NCBI GenBank assembly: GCA_965248355.1
Contig: OZ252098.1
Location: 3,904,001 to 3,968,000, forward strand
Source: Candidatus Latescibacterota bacterium
GTDB lineage: Bacteria > Latescibacterota > UBA2968 > UBA8231
DNA: 64,000 nucleotides
Direction of reading: 5' to 3'
Notes under the pieces: generated by a model
What the model was told of the DNA's origin: nothing
Databases searched by the model: none
The model's input: the letters and a program-made list of their open reading frames with translations, nothing else
Shown here: positions 19,656 to 30,478 of the stretch, in pieces
Numbering within the stretch: the stretch's first letter is position 1
Layout of the letters: every line of letters begins with the position of its first letter
Position numbers and translations under genes: made by a program

Positions 19656-21921
19656 CTACCTGGTGAGGACCATCTTGCGTACGTGAGTGGCCGGCCCTGC
19701 CTGCAGGGAGTACAGATACACGCCGCTGGACACCCGTTCACCGCGATGGTTGCGGCCATCCCAATGGGCGGCGCTGGCACGGGTCAGATACCGGCTCGCC
19801 GCACGATGACCCAGGTCGATTTCCCGCACCAAGGCCCCCCGCACATCGTAGATGTTCAGCCGCACGTGGGCCGGCGCGTGGAGTTGAAACGGAATCCAGG
19901 TGTCCGGATTGAAGGGATTGGGGAAGTTGGCCAGCAGCGCCGTCCGTGTCGGCAGCGGCGCAGCGAACCGAATCGCCGTCGGCGCGGGGGGAGTGGCGTA
20001 TGGTGACGTATCCCACAGCAGAATCGTGCCGTCCGCGCTGGCACTGGCGAGGATGTTCCCGTCCGGCGAGAACACCACGGAAAGGACCGATCCCATATGG
20101 CCTTTGAAGATGGCCCCTGGTTGCCCGGTGCTCACCTCCCACAGCCTGATCGTCTGGTCCGAACCGCCACTGGCGAGGACATTTCCCCGAGGCGAGAAGG
20201 CTACCGCATTGATCCAGCCGCCATCGACCTCCATGGTGCCCTCTTGCTGACCACTACTCAGTTCCCACAGCCTGATCTTCTGATCCCAGCCGCCGCTGGC
20301 GAGGGTTCTCTCGTCCTGCGAAAAAGCAACGGAAGTGACCCAGCCCGTGTGCCGCAGAGTGGCCTTCAGTTGTCCGTTGCCTGCATCCCATACTCGCGCC
20401 GTCTTGTCTCCGCTGGCGCTGGCGAGCATCTGGTCAGTGGGCGAAAAGGCCACGGAAAGGACACGTTCACCATGCTCCCCCAGGCTGGCCCGTGCCTGCT
20501 CGCTGGACACGTCCCACAACCGCACCTTCCCGTCCTCGTCGCCGCTGGCCAGGGTTGCTCCGTCCCGGGCGTATGCCACGCAGAGCACACCATTCCGATG
20601 GCCTTTGAGGAACCTCGTCATCGACGGTGTCCAGGAGACGACGTTCGAGGTCCCCCCGGTGGCCTTCCGCAGTCCGGCGATGTCCCACAGCGCAACCCGG
20701 TGACCCCAACCACTGGCGAGTGTTTGTCCATCGGGCGCAAAGGCGACGGAACTGACAGGCCCCCAAGGAGCTTTGATGGTGGCCTCTGCATGTCCCGTGC
20801 CGAGGTCCCACAATCGCAGCGTCCGGTCCCAACTGCTGCTGGCCACGGTGGTGCCATCTGGCGCGAAGGCAACGGAACTGACCCTGTCTCCATGCCCATG
20901 GTCCAGGAAAGCGCCTTCCTCCAGTCCGAACCGGACGTCCCACAGCCGTACCTTGTTGTCCCTCCCGGCACTGGCGAGTGTCTCTCCATCGGGGGAGAAG
21001 GCCACGGAAGTGAAGTCCGCGCCTCGCTCTTTGAACTTGGCCTTTCGTTGCCCGGAGTCGATCTCCCACAACGCGATCACGTGGTTTGAGCCCACGCTGG
21101 CGAGGGTTCTGCCATCAGGTGAGAAGGCTACGGAGTTGACCCAGGATGTATGCACGCGCATGTCGTGCAGGGTGGCTCTCGGATGACCGCTGTTGACGTC
21201 CCACAGGTCGATCGTTTGTTGCCTGCCAGTGGCCAGGGTCTGACCATCGGGCGCGAAGGCTACCGTATTGACGCGCCCCGCTCTTCCGCCTCCCTCGAGG
21301 ACGGCCTCGGGTTCTCCGGTGATTCCGTCCCACAACCGAATGGTGCCGTTTCGGTAGCCCACTGGCGAGGGTTTGACCATCGGGCGCGAAGGCCAGGGAA
21401 TTGACCCAGGACGCTTCTCCTTGGAGGGTAGCCTTCGGTTCTTTGGTGGCCACCTGCCACAACCGCACCATTTGGTCCCTGCTGCCGGTAGCCAGGGTTT
21501 GTCCGTCCGGGGAGAACATGACGCAGAGGACATCATTCAGATGGCCTTCGAGGGTGGCCAGTGACTCTCCGGTGTCGACGTCCCACAACCTCACCGTATG
21601 GTCGGCACTCGCACTGGCGAGGGTTTTCCCATCAGGTGCAAAGGCCACGGAATTCACCGGAGCCGCATGCCCTGTGAGCAGGGAGACCTCAGCACCAGTG
21701 TGGACATCGTAGAGCCAGACGCCGAGGTTGCCGGCCACCGCCAGCCGGGTGCCATCGGGCGAATAGGCCACGGCCCGATCGCCTTCACCGGTGAGTCCCT
21801 TGCCCAGGCGGAGGACGGCACCCTCCGGCAACCCCCAGCGGGCATGGTCTTGAGCCTGGCTGCCCGGCGGGAACGACACGGAGCCCAGCAAGAGGGTAAC
21901 GGCGAAGATGATTTTATCCAT
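19656..21921 (-). pseudogene. Secreted WD40-repeat protein with C-terminal NFPNPFN (FlgD-Ig-like) domain; frameshift near 21359
   Basis: Signal peptide and many SVAFSPDG..LASG..D.TVRLWD repeats split over two frames at TLASG / YRNGTIRLWD. Confidence 0.85.
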
Positions 21922-21994
21922 CTGGGTCCAGGTTTCGCCCCGGAGGAGGGGACCAGGGAAGGGGTCTGCCTGCGCTGCAATCGGAAGTATACGA

Positions 21995-22225
21995 CCGGAG
22001 AGAGTGTGTGGGGCGGTTCCACCCCAGGGCGGTGACGGCGGCGCAGGCCGAGCCGAGCGGGCGCACTACGCCGGGCCGGGGTCAACAACCATATTCATCC
22101 AGGAGGCCCAGAGACCCGAGCGCAGCGAGGGGCTCGCCAGCCGTCAGCACACCCCTCCGGCGATAGCTCCCCCAGCGCAGCCCGGCGTACGCGCCGCCGA
22201 GGCGCGGCCGGAGCCGCCGGCGCCG
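21995..22225 (+). repeat. Structured intergenic repeat, copy C
   Basis: gtgtgtggggcgg, gggcggtgacggcggcgcaggccgagccgag, core and right arm all present. Confidence 0.92.
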
Positions 22226-22248
22226 ACCTGCACGAGGAGGAGGCCGCA

Positions 22249-23292
22249 ATGAGAGTCACACACTTGGAACGCACCGTCGTCCGTGTCCCCTTTCTGCCCG
22301 GGATCCTGCCCCCACCCGAATACGAGGAGTTCACCGAGTCCTATCCCGCCCCCCTCGGCGAGAGAAGACAGGATGTCCTCCGAATTCACACCGACGAAGG
22401 AATCACCGGCCTCGGCATGAGCGGGCCCTACTTCGGCGACCACGAGCATCCCGTCCCGGACTTGATCGGCAGGAATCCACTCGACTTCGAGCCGCGCAGC
22501 CTGGGGGGCGGCGGCTACGACATTGCCTTGCTGGATCTGATCGGCAAGGCGATCGGCTGGCCCCTGTACCGCATCTTCGGCGGGAAGTCTCAAGACCGCG
22601 TGCTGGTCGACTACTGGATCGCGCGGATGGGACCGGAAGCGTCAGCCGCCGCCGCCCGACAGGCGTCCCAACAGGGCTTCCACGGCATCAAGGTCAAGTG
22701 CTCCCTGGACGATGGAGACGTGGCCGACCGGGTGCACGCCATACACGAGGCCGCGCCATCGCTGCGCATCGTCCTCGATCCCGGCCATCGCTTCCACACC
22801 GTCGAGCAGTCCCTGGCCCTGGCACGAGAGATAGAGGCGTATGACGTCGTCTTTGAAGACCCGATCCCCAAGGATGACCTGGAGGACTACCGGCGACTCA
22901 GGGAAGAGACATCGATTCTCATCGCCCCCCACCTGCAGAACCCGCGTCAGGTGATCGAGATGGTCTATCGCGAAGCCGTGGACGGGATCAATGTGGCTCC
23001 TTCGGACTGGGGCTTCCTGGACATGGCGCGGATTGCCGGGGCCGCCGGCATCCCCGTGTGGCAGGCCTCCAACGTCGACCTGGGGATCTTCGACGCTTTC
23101 CGCCTTCACGCCTCCGCCGCCGCTGCGAACTGCACCCTGGCCAGCGATCTCTGCGGCAACTTCGTCCACGAGCATAGTCTGCTCGCCGAACCCCTGGTCC
23201 GGGATGGCTATGCGGTGGTGCCGGACAAGCCGGGGCTCGGTGTTGAACTGGACGAGGATGCGGTGCGGCGGTTTACGGTTGAGCCAGCGTAG
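22249..23292 (+). CDS. Mandelate racemase/muconate lactonizing enzyme family protein
   Basis: DIALLDLIGKA, GIKVK, FEDP and PGLGVELD motifs; GAGGAGG RBS. Confidence 0.88.
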   Translation: MRVTHLERTVVRVPFLPGILPPPEYEEFTESYPAPLGERRQDVLRIHTDEGITGLGMSGPYFGDHEHPVPDLIGRNPLDFEPRSLGGGGYDIALLDLIGKAIGWPLYRIFGGKSQDRVLVDYWIARMGPEASAAAARQASQQGFHGIKVKCSLDDGDVADRVHAIHEAAPSLRIVLDPGHRFHTVEQSLALAREIEAYDVVFEDPIPKDDLEDYRRLREETSILIAPHLQNPRQVIEMVYREAVDGINVAPSDWGFLDMARIAGAAGIPVWQASNVDLGIFDAFRLHASAAAANCTLASDLCGNFVHEHSLLAEPLVRDGYAVVPDKPGLGVELDEDAVRRFTVEPA

Positions 23293-23342
23293 GGTACGGT
23301 ACCTCGAGCCAGTTCCCTGGGCGCTCGCCGGAATCCATCCGA

Positions 23343-25460
23343 CTATCGGACCAAGTTGATCCGAAGGGCACCACGGGTGGTATTCCGCACTTTGAATTGC
23401 ACGATGTACAGTCCGCTGGCCAGGGGTGCCCCGTGCAACTCTCCGCTCTCCAACGACACTTCATGCATTCCAGGTGATAGATGGCTTACGTCTATCACTG
23501 CCACGAGCTGGCCAGACAGATTGTAGATACGCAGCACTTTGGCCGCGTGCGCGTCCCCTTCATGGATGAAGCAGAGGATTCTCGTCCATGAGTTGAAAGG
23601 ATTGGGATAGTTGCCGAGAATGGCTGAGGTCGGAAGGGACCTCTCTCTCTCTTCGAATACGGACACGGCCGTCATGGTATGGTCGTCACCGTCGTCACCG
23701 TCGTCACCACCCTCCCCGGGGTCGCCGTCAGCGCCAGGGGGTTCGTCCCCAGCGAATTCCTCCGCCACCGCCACGTACGCCGTATATCGGCTGCGAATAT
23801 TGTACGCGAGGCTCAACTCGATCACCCGGTTCCTGAGTTCCGGAGTCTCGCCATACACCGCGATTTCGCGCTCAAGGGTGTCGATGAACTCCTTGGCCCA
23901 CAGCTGCTCGACAAAGGGAAACCCTCTCTTTCCACTGAAATCCAGGGTGAAGTCGAAGGTAACCAGACCCTCGGTGGAATAGCCGGCGAGACTGAAGCTG
24001 GACGGTCCGGGCGTCTTGTAGCGGCCGGTGACAAAGAAGAAGGAGCCCGAGTAGGTGTCCGGGATCTTCTGAGGAAGGATCTCGTACAAATCGGCTCTGC
24101 CGTGCTCCATTACTGTATTCTTCAGGACCGGGTTGCTGATGCGCTCGAGAACACCCGCCATGGTCTCCTCGAGGCGGGTGTTCTCGTCAATGTAGGTCAC
24201 GAACCCGTAATTCAAGGCCGCGGTCATCTCCAACCGCGCTCGGTCGAGGTCCGGGCCGATTCCGATAGGGAAGATGGCGGCTCGGTGCTCGTTCAAAGAC
24301 TCGATCTCCCGCGGATCGAGGGGAGATCGTCCGTCGGTAAAGACCAGGACGGCGTTACTGAAATCATCGTTGGAGATCTGGGACAGGCACCTCTTCAAGC
24401 CCCGGTCAAGGCGCGAGCCGGCGGCGGTCTCCACCGTCATGAGGAAATCGACTGCGGCGGCAACGTTGAGCCCGTCGGCCGGCACCGGCGCCGGCTTCCA
24501 CGATGTAACCTGGTTGTTGAACAGAAGGATGTTGAAGCGATCCTCCGGGCGGAGTTGTTCGAGGGATCTCGAAATCGCGCGAATGCTCTGGTCCAAGGTG
24601 GCACCGAACATGCGGCCGGAATTGGAAAGAAGGAAGAGTACCCGTCTTGGCAGCACGCTACCCTCATCGGGACGGCTCTGGGGGCGCACGAAAAGGGCGA
24701 AGTGGCCGTCCGAGGTGTCGTTGGCTGCCGAGTGGAAATCGACGCCGAGGGCGGCTTGGTCTACGGTGTAGTAGAACTCGAGATCGCGGTTCAGGTAACT
24801 CTTGGGGCGGGAAAATGTGACTTCCACCTCTTTGGGCGCGGAGGAAACCGTTCGGTAGTCCGGATGGGTGGGCAGGCCGAAATCCACGATATCCGAATTG
24901 GACCGCACGATGAAGCTGAACTGCAGGTGCTCCAGAGGCCAGGTTACAAATTCGCCCGTATCCAATGGGTAGCGGTAGCGGCACTCGCCGCTGATGTACC
25001 CGCACAGACTGATGTAAGTCAGTTGCACCCGCTGAATTGCATGGGGCTCGATGCCGTCGATCCGGATGCGGATCCCGTTTCGACCAAGATAGCGGTTCAG
25101 GCGAGCCGCCGTGCCTCCTTCGCCGGTTCCCGGGTTCACCGCCTGGTCCCGCACCCGAAGAACAGCCTGCAACGGCTCCTCTCCGCGCCAGTACAGGATC
25201 TCGGTGGCCCTGGCCTCCGGCGGCAGTGGGAACGAATAGACCGCGGCCGTCTCCCTGTGCCACTCGTTGACGAACTCCCGGTAGACGGAGGTGACGGCGA
25301 CAACCCCCTGCATTTCCACTCTTGCCTGCGTCACCCGGTTGCGCAGGAGTTCGTGGGGATAGTCGTGCTCCACGGGGAGCATCAATCCATCGGCACCAGC
25401 CAGGGAAGCGGCAAGAAGCACGGGCAGGACCGGGAAGAGTCTCGACATTGGCGGCTGCAC
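23343..25460 (-). CDS. VIT + von Willebrand A domain protein with C-terminal NYPNPFN domain
   Basis: AVYSFPLP (VIT), DRFNILLFN and VLVFTDG (vWA), GNYPNPFN; signal peptide. Confidence 0.85.
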   Translation of the reverse strand: MQPPMSRLFPVLPVLLAASLAGADGLMLPVEHDYPHELLRNRVTQARVEMQGVVAVTSVYREFVNEWHRETAAVYSFPLPPEARATEILYWRGEEPLQAVLRVRDQAVNPGTGEGGTAARLNRYLGRNGIRIRIDGIEPHAIQRVQLTYISLCGYISGECRYRYPLDTGEFVTWPLEHLQFSFIVRSNSDIVDFGLPTHPDYRTVSSAPKEVEVTFSRPKSYLNRDLEFYYTVDQAALGVDFHSAANDTSDGHFALFVRPQSRPDEGSVLPRRVLFLLSNSGRMFGATLDQSIRAISRSLEQLRPEDRFNILLFNNQVTSWKPAPVPADGLNVAAAVDFLMTVETAAGSRLDRGLKRCLSQISNDDFSNAVLVFTDGRSPLDPREIESLNEHRAAIFPIGIGPDLDRARLEMTAALNYGFVTYIDENTRLEETMAGVLERISNPVLKNTVMEHGRADLYEILPQKIPDTYSGSFFFVTGRYKTPGPSSFSLAGYSTEGLVTFDFTLDFSGKRGFPFVEQLWAKEFIDTLEREIAVYGETPELRNRVIELSLAYNIRSRYTAYVAVAEEFAGDEPPGADGDPGEGGDDGDDGDDHTMTAVSVFEERERSLPTSAILGNYPNPFNSWTRILCFIHEGDAHAAKVLRIYNLSGQLVAVIDVSHLSPGMHEVSLESGELHGAPLASGLYIVQFKVRNTTRGALRINLVR
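23682..23708. repeat. 9-bp tandem repeat (gtcgtcacc)x3 encoding an acidic GDD linker
   Basis: Read directly from the sequence. Confidence 0.8.
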
Positions 25461-27782
25461 TACTCCAGGTAGAGGATCCGCGCCGTTTCGGTCTGGACTT
25501 CACCCTGGGAGTCTACGAGTAACAATCGCGCCAGGTATGCGCCTGTTGCGATAGTCCCACGAGGGTTCCAGGTGATTCTTTGAGTGGGTGTGTTTCGCAG
25601 GCGATACTGCGCCACCTTCTGGCCGAGGAGGTTGTAGATCTGGAGTGTTCCAGAGGCGTAGTCCCCGTTGTTGATGAGGAAATTCACCTCCGAGTTGAAG
25701 GGATTGGGGAAGAAGGCCAGGCGGTTTGCCGCTTGGCCTGAAGAGGGAGTCGGGTAGCGGAATACGGCCCTGCCTCCCAGGCCCGCGAGGTGGATCTTCA
25801 GTTCGATCCGGTTCTCGTCAGCGGTCCGGGCGGGCGAGTGGTAGGTAACGACGAACCTGCCGAAGACCTCGAAGCGGGAGATGTGCAGCAGGATGTCTCG
25901 AAAGTTCCCGTAAATGTCGAAATCCCGGCCTCCGGTCGATTCGGTGAAGGGCGCGTAGAAGGCCGACCGGAAAGAGGGGTTGCCGACGGAGTGCACCGTG
26001 ATCTCGTTGGAGAGAAGAGCGTCGATGACTTCACTTCGGATGAGAGGGGTCACGGAATTGCTTTCGTGGTAGTCGGCATCGGTGATCCATATGACCAGCC
26101 GGCTGGCCTCCGGTCGAAAGGGAAATTGCGCGGCCTTGAGGAGAGCTTCCAGGGAATTCTCAGGTGTGTCGTCGCCACCGTGGGCGTACTGGTTCCCCAC
26201 AAGGGCGTGGAAGGCCTGAACGTCGCGGGTGAATGGATAGACGTTCTCGATGATGTCGAGGAACGTGACCATGCCCAGGCGGAAGTCGATTCCCCGATGG
26301 CTCAGGCTGTCCGCGAATTCCACGATGTGGTTCTTTACTCCGGTGATCTCACCTCCCATGCTGCCGGTCACGTCGAGCGCAAAGACGATATCAACCGCAT
26401 CGACTCCGGCGGAGCGGTCTTTCTTGAGGGTGAACTGGCGCACCCGCTCGTCGTTCTCGAAGAGGAAGACGTTTTCCGGTGCCAGGCGGGTGATGAGGCG
26501 GTCCTCTGGCTCTTCCCGGACTTCGAAGGTGAGCGTCACTTCCGGGTAGTGGGTCAGATCGAGGGAGTCCACCTGTACGGCCAGGCCCGTGTCGGCTAGG
26601 GGAGTCGCGGGAAGGAAGAAGGAGCGGCGCAGTTCGTCGAGAATCTGCCCTCCCTCCGTGACCTTGAGGCCAACGTCGAATACGCCGTCTTCAAATACCA
26701 GGTTCGAACGCGTCGAGCTTGTGGTAGGCCGGCTGCGAGTCCAGAGAGAGTGAGCGCTCGGGAGGTACCGCGTTCAACACCGTGGGCAGGTCGAGGGAGA
26801 CGGTGGCGTCAACCCGGCGTCCGGTGGTGTTTGCTATCTGGAGGTAACTGCTGAAATCGCGCGGGAACATCAGGTTGTCGGTGAGGGCGAAAGAGGATGG
26901 CAGGTCCCAGCGGACGAAGACGGGCGTGGTGAAGTCCGGCGGCCGCAGATCCATCGCCATCTGGTAGAGGCGGGTCTCGCCCGGAGCCAGTTCGGCTTCC
27001 GCCCAGTACACCTTCAGGGCGAGGTCGTAAAGGCGTTGTTGCGTTGCAGGTTGGTCCTGCGGCTCGTGCGTTCCGTAGAGCCTGGCCCAGTTGTCCGCGA
27101 CGATGAGATCCGGGGCAGGGTCCGGGAAGGAGCAGTCCACTCCCAATCCCGTGGGGGCGCGGTCCCGTTCCCACAGCGTCAGGACCGGGGGCAGGTCGGG
27201 GGCCCGCAAGCGGGTCCCGTGCCGCAGGGATGCATTGCCGAGGGCCAGGTAGCCGTCGCCCCAGCGGCCCAGGGCCGGATCGACAGCGATGCCAACCCTG
27301 CAGGTATGGGGACGGTCATCGAGATTGCCGATCTCCGCTTGGAGCAGCGCCCCCCGTTCGTTGAGCTCCACGGTGAACGTCAGCACTACATGTTCGTCGC
27401 CATCAGCGCGGGCCTGGACTCGCAGGGCGTGGCCCGAAAGCTCGGGAGTCAGGGGATCACGGCTGAGATACTCCTCCATGCGGTACCAGTTTCCGTCGAC
27501 CGAGAAGAACGGGTAGGATGTCTTGGCGTAGGGATGGCCGTAGGTAAGGGCGCAGCGGTCATCCAACGTGGAGGCGGAAAGGCCGGAGGAGGTACCGAGG
27601 GTGAAGTAGCCCCCTGGCAGCATGGACGCTTCCATCCGTTCGTCATGAACGCTGACATACCCGGGGAAACCGGCTTGTCCGGACGCTTTCGCGCTCCCGA
27701 TGACCAGGTCATGGGACGACTTGTCCTGCGCCAGGGCTGGCAAGGCCAGGCAAATCGCCGAGAGCGCAATAGCAATCCTCAT
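25460..27782 (-). pseudogene. Secreted vWA-domain protein with C-terminal FPNPFN domain; frameshift near 26710
   Basis: Signal peptide MRIAIAL. The frame closing at 26691 continues in another frame (SNLVFEDGVFDVGL...) into DIVFALDVTGSM (MIDAS). Confidence 0.78.
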
Positions 27783-27937
27783 GACTTCTCTTCCATCGGA
27801 ACCGCGCCTTCGGCGGGGGAGTTGCCTGCCGCCGTGTCCTGGAAGCTGCATCCTGTCCAAGAACATATATATAGATGGCTCGCCAGGCTCGGAAGATCGA
27901 AGGCCGGCGTCCCCGCCACTGCCAGTCGTGAGAAAGA

Positions 27938-29902
27938 TTACTTGATAAGCGCCAGCGGTTGCCGGTAGAGTTGGGAGCCGACCCGCAAACGCGCCCAATA
28001 GACCCCGGAGGCCACCGGACGCCCCCGGTCGTTGCGGGCATCCCACCCGGCCAGGTAACGACCCACCCCCCGGCCGCCGGTCAGTTGGCGCACCAATTGG
28101 CCATCGACCCCGTAAATGGCCAAGGCATAATCCGCCTCAACCGGCAGGATGAAGGGTATCCGCGTGAAGCTGTTGAACGGATTGGGGTAGTTGGGCAACA
28201 GAGCGGCCTGGTCGGGGGTGGTTTGCTCCACCTCTTCCACGGCCGTGGGGACCGCGCCGGGCAGATATCGCGATAGTGCGGCACCGCTGACGATGTGGGC
28301 TTCCCCCGCGTTCTCGCGTTGATTGTCGGGCCCGTCGCCGGCCATGCCGTTGGGGATGGCGTCCATCCGCCCGTCGCCATCCATATCGCCGCTGGCTCCC
28401 CAATAGGCCGAGAAATCGACCGGGTCGGGTGCTTGAATCCACACGACGGGTACCGCGGGGTCGGCCAGGTCGATCTCGTGCGGCAGTCCGGGGCCGCCGG
28501 CCAGCACCGCGAAACCGCCGGCCAGGCGCCGCTTGAGAGGCCCCTCGTCGCCGGGCACCCCGACAAAGAGGTCGTCGTACCCGTCGCCGTGGATATCGCC
28601 GGCCGCCAGGGCGTCGCCGGTGATGGCATTTGGGCGGGCCCCGTAGATGATGGTGATGTCGACCGGCGGCGCAGCCATATCCAGCCGCTGTCCGCGCCGA
28701 TGGGGACCGCCGGACACCACGTACACCTCGCCGGCGTCGGCGCGGCTGTTGCCCGGACCGTCGGCCCGGTACGCGCCGATGAGCAGGTCCTGGATGCCGT
28801 TGCCGTCGATATCGGCCAGGACGAATTCCTCGCCCAGCCGGTCTGGCGAATCACCGCCGCCATCGGCCCCGTAGATGACGGTCAGATCGTCGGGAGGATC
28901 CCCGGCCAGATCAATCGCCGCGGGCCGGTGGGGACCGCCGTAGACCACGTACATCTCCCCGGCGTTCTCGCGCCGGTTCCCCGGTCCATCCCCCGCCCCG
29001 CCCCTGCGCTTGTACGCATTGCGCAAGGTGCCGAAGGCCGCCGCGCCAATGGCGATGTCGTCGTATCCGTCGCCGTCGAAGTCGCCGGCGGCCACGGTCG
29101 AACCGGCGTGGTCCAGGGCATCGATGCCGTAGATGACACTCAACGGGTGTTCCGCAGCCGCCAGATCTATGGTGGCGCCCGAATCCAGCGGGCCGTAGAG
29201 GAGGTACACCCGCCCCGTCTCCTCGGCCCCCGCCGCCCCCGGGGCCTGGTCGGCACCCACCACCGCATCCCGGTGACCATCGCCGTCGAAATCTCCGGCG
29301 GTCATCCACACCCCCAGGCGGTTGTCGCCTTCAGCGCCGATGACGACGCTCAGCCCCTCCGGCCAGGGTCGTTGCGCCAGATCCAGGCGCCTTCCCCCGG
29401 CCCTCAATCGGGCGATGAGCTCGGCCGAGAAGATGTAGAGCTTGCCGGCGTCGGCGCGCTCGGGGGCATCGGCGTAGAAAGCGCCCACCAGGAGATCGGC
29501 GCGCTGGTCGCCCGTGAGGTCGGCCACATGGGTCTTGATACCGAAGAGGTCGCGCGGGGCCTCCCCATACAGGGTGACCACATCGGCGGGGTCGGCGGCC
29601 AGGTCCAGGCCGCCCCCCGAAGGAATGGTGTCGAAGCAGATGGCCACTTCGCCGGCGTTGGAGCGGTCGTTGTCAGGGCCATCGCCGGCCATGGCCGAAA
29701 TCACCAGATCGCCGCGCCCGTCGCCATCGAGATCGCCGGCGGTGATCGGCGTGCCGAATTCGGCATCATTGGCGTCGGGGTTGTACACCGTGAACTGACC
29801 CGTCTGAGCGGTATCGGCCAAGTCCCACACGTGGACGATCTGGGCCGGGACCGGGATGGCGAGACAGCACAGGACCGACGGCCAGGCGGCCGCGTATTTC
29901 AT
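27938..29902 (-). CDS. FG-GAP (integrin-alpha beta-propeller) repeat protein with NYPNPFN C-terminal domain
   Basis: Repeated GDxDGDGxxDxxxGA and AGExYVVYG motifs; signal peptide. Confidence 0.9.
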   Translation of the reverse strand: MKYAAAWPSVLCCLAIPVPAQIVHVWDLADTAQTGQFTVYNPDANDAEFGTPITAGDLDGDGRGDLVISAMAGDGPDNDRSNAGEVAICFDTIPSGGGLDLAADPADVVTLYGEAPRDLFGIKTHVADLTGDQRADLLVGAFYADAPERADAGKLYIFSAELIARLRAGGRRLDLAQRPWPEGLSVVIGAEGDNRLGVWMTAGDFDGDGHRDAVVGADQAPGAAGAEETGRVYLLYGPLDSGATIDLAAAEHPLSVIYGIDALDHAGSTVAAGDFDGDGYDDIAIGAAAFGTLRNAYKRRGGAGDGPGNRRENAGEMYVVYGGPHRPAAIDLAGDPPDDLTVIYGADGGGDSPDRLGEEFVLADIDGNGIQDLLIGAYRADGPGNSRADAGEVYVVSGGPHRRGQRLDMAAPPVDITIIYGARPNAITGDALAAGDIHGDGYDDLFVGVPGDEGPLKRRLAGGFAVLAGGPGLPHEIDLADPAVPVVWIQAPDPVDFSAYWGASGDMDGDGRMDAIPNGMAGDGPDNQRENAGEAHIVSGAALSRYLPGAVPTAVEEVEQTTPDQAALLPNYPNPFNSFTRIPFILPVEADYALAIYGVDGQLVRQLTGGRGVGRYLAGWDARNDRGRPVASGVYWARLRVGSQLYRQPLALIK

Positions 29903-30077
29903 GGAAGGTTCCTCTCTGGCGGTTCATGTCCTGGGTGACGTGGATGAGCAGGGCCGCCCCCCTCGCGTGGGCCCAGATGTGGCTCCAGGCCCAGCGCAGG
30001 TTGCCGGCGATCGTGCCGGCAACCGAAGATAACCCCCCAAGCGGACATCGTAGATTCTCAGGCACACGCCGGCCGGT

Positions 30078-30464
30078 GTGTGCAGCAGCGTCGAACATCG
30101 ATCAGACATCGAAGTCGTGACGCACACCTCCGAAACCGCGGCCAGCAAGGAGCAACTCCAGTCTCTCGTCGACGAGCTGGGGGACCTGTTCGGCAGCAAG
30201 CCGGGGGGCACGTGGGTAAGGCTGCGCTCGCTTGACCGGCGCGACTACGCCGAGAACAGGACCCCGATCGACGGGAGCGTGCGTCCCACCTTCGTCAGCG
30301 TGCTGCGCGACGAATGGCCCGACGCGGTCGAGCTGCGCCGGGAGATGGCCGGCATCGCGGAAGTCGTCGCCCGGATCCTCGACAGGCCCCGGGGAAACGT
30401 ACACGTGCTGTATTCCCCGGGCGCCAAAGGGCGGATCGGCTTTGGCGGCGAATTGAAGGAGTAG
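30078..30464 (+). CDS. Tautomerase-like protein, possibly 5'-truncated
   Basis: Resembles the tautomerase/MIF fold with terminal GRIGFGG; no Met-Pro start seen. Confidence 0.5.
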   Translation: MCSSVEHRSDIEVVTHTSETAASKEQLQSLVDELGDLFGSKPGGTWVRLRSLDRRDYAENRTPIDGSVRPTFVSVLRDEWPDAVELRREMAGIAEVVARILDRPRGNVHVLYSPGAKGRIGFGGELKE

Positions 30465-30478
30465 CCGGGACAGCGGCT

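Noticed and set aside
23641..23652. (CT)6 tract as a phase-variation switch
   Set aside because: Short, in frame, and explained by Glu-Arg codons
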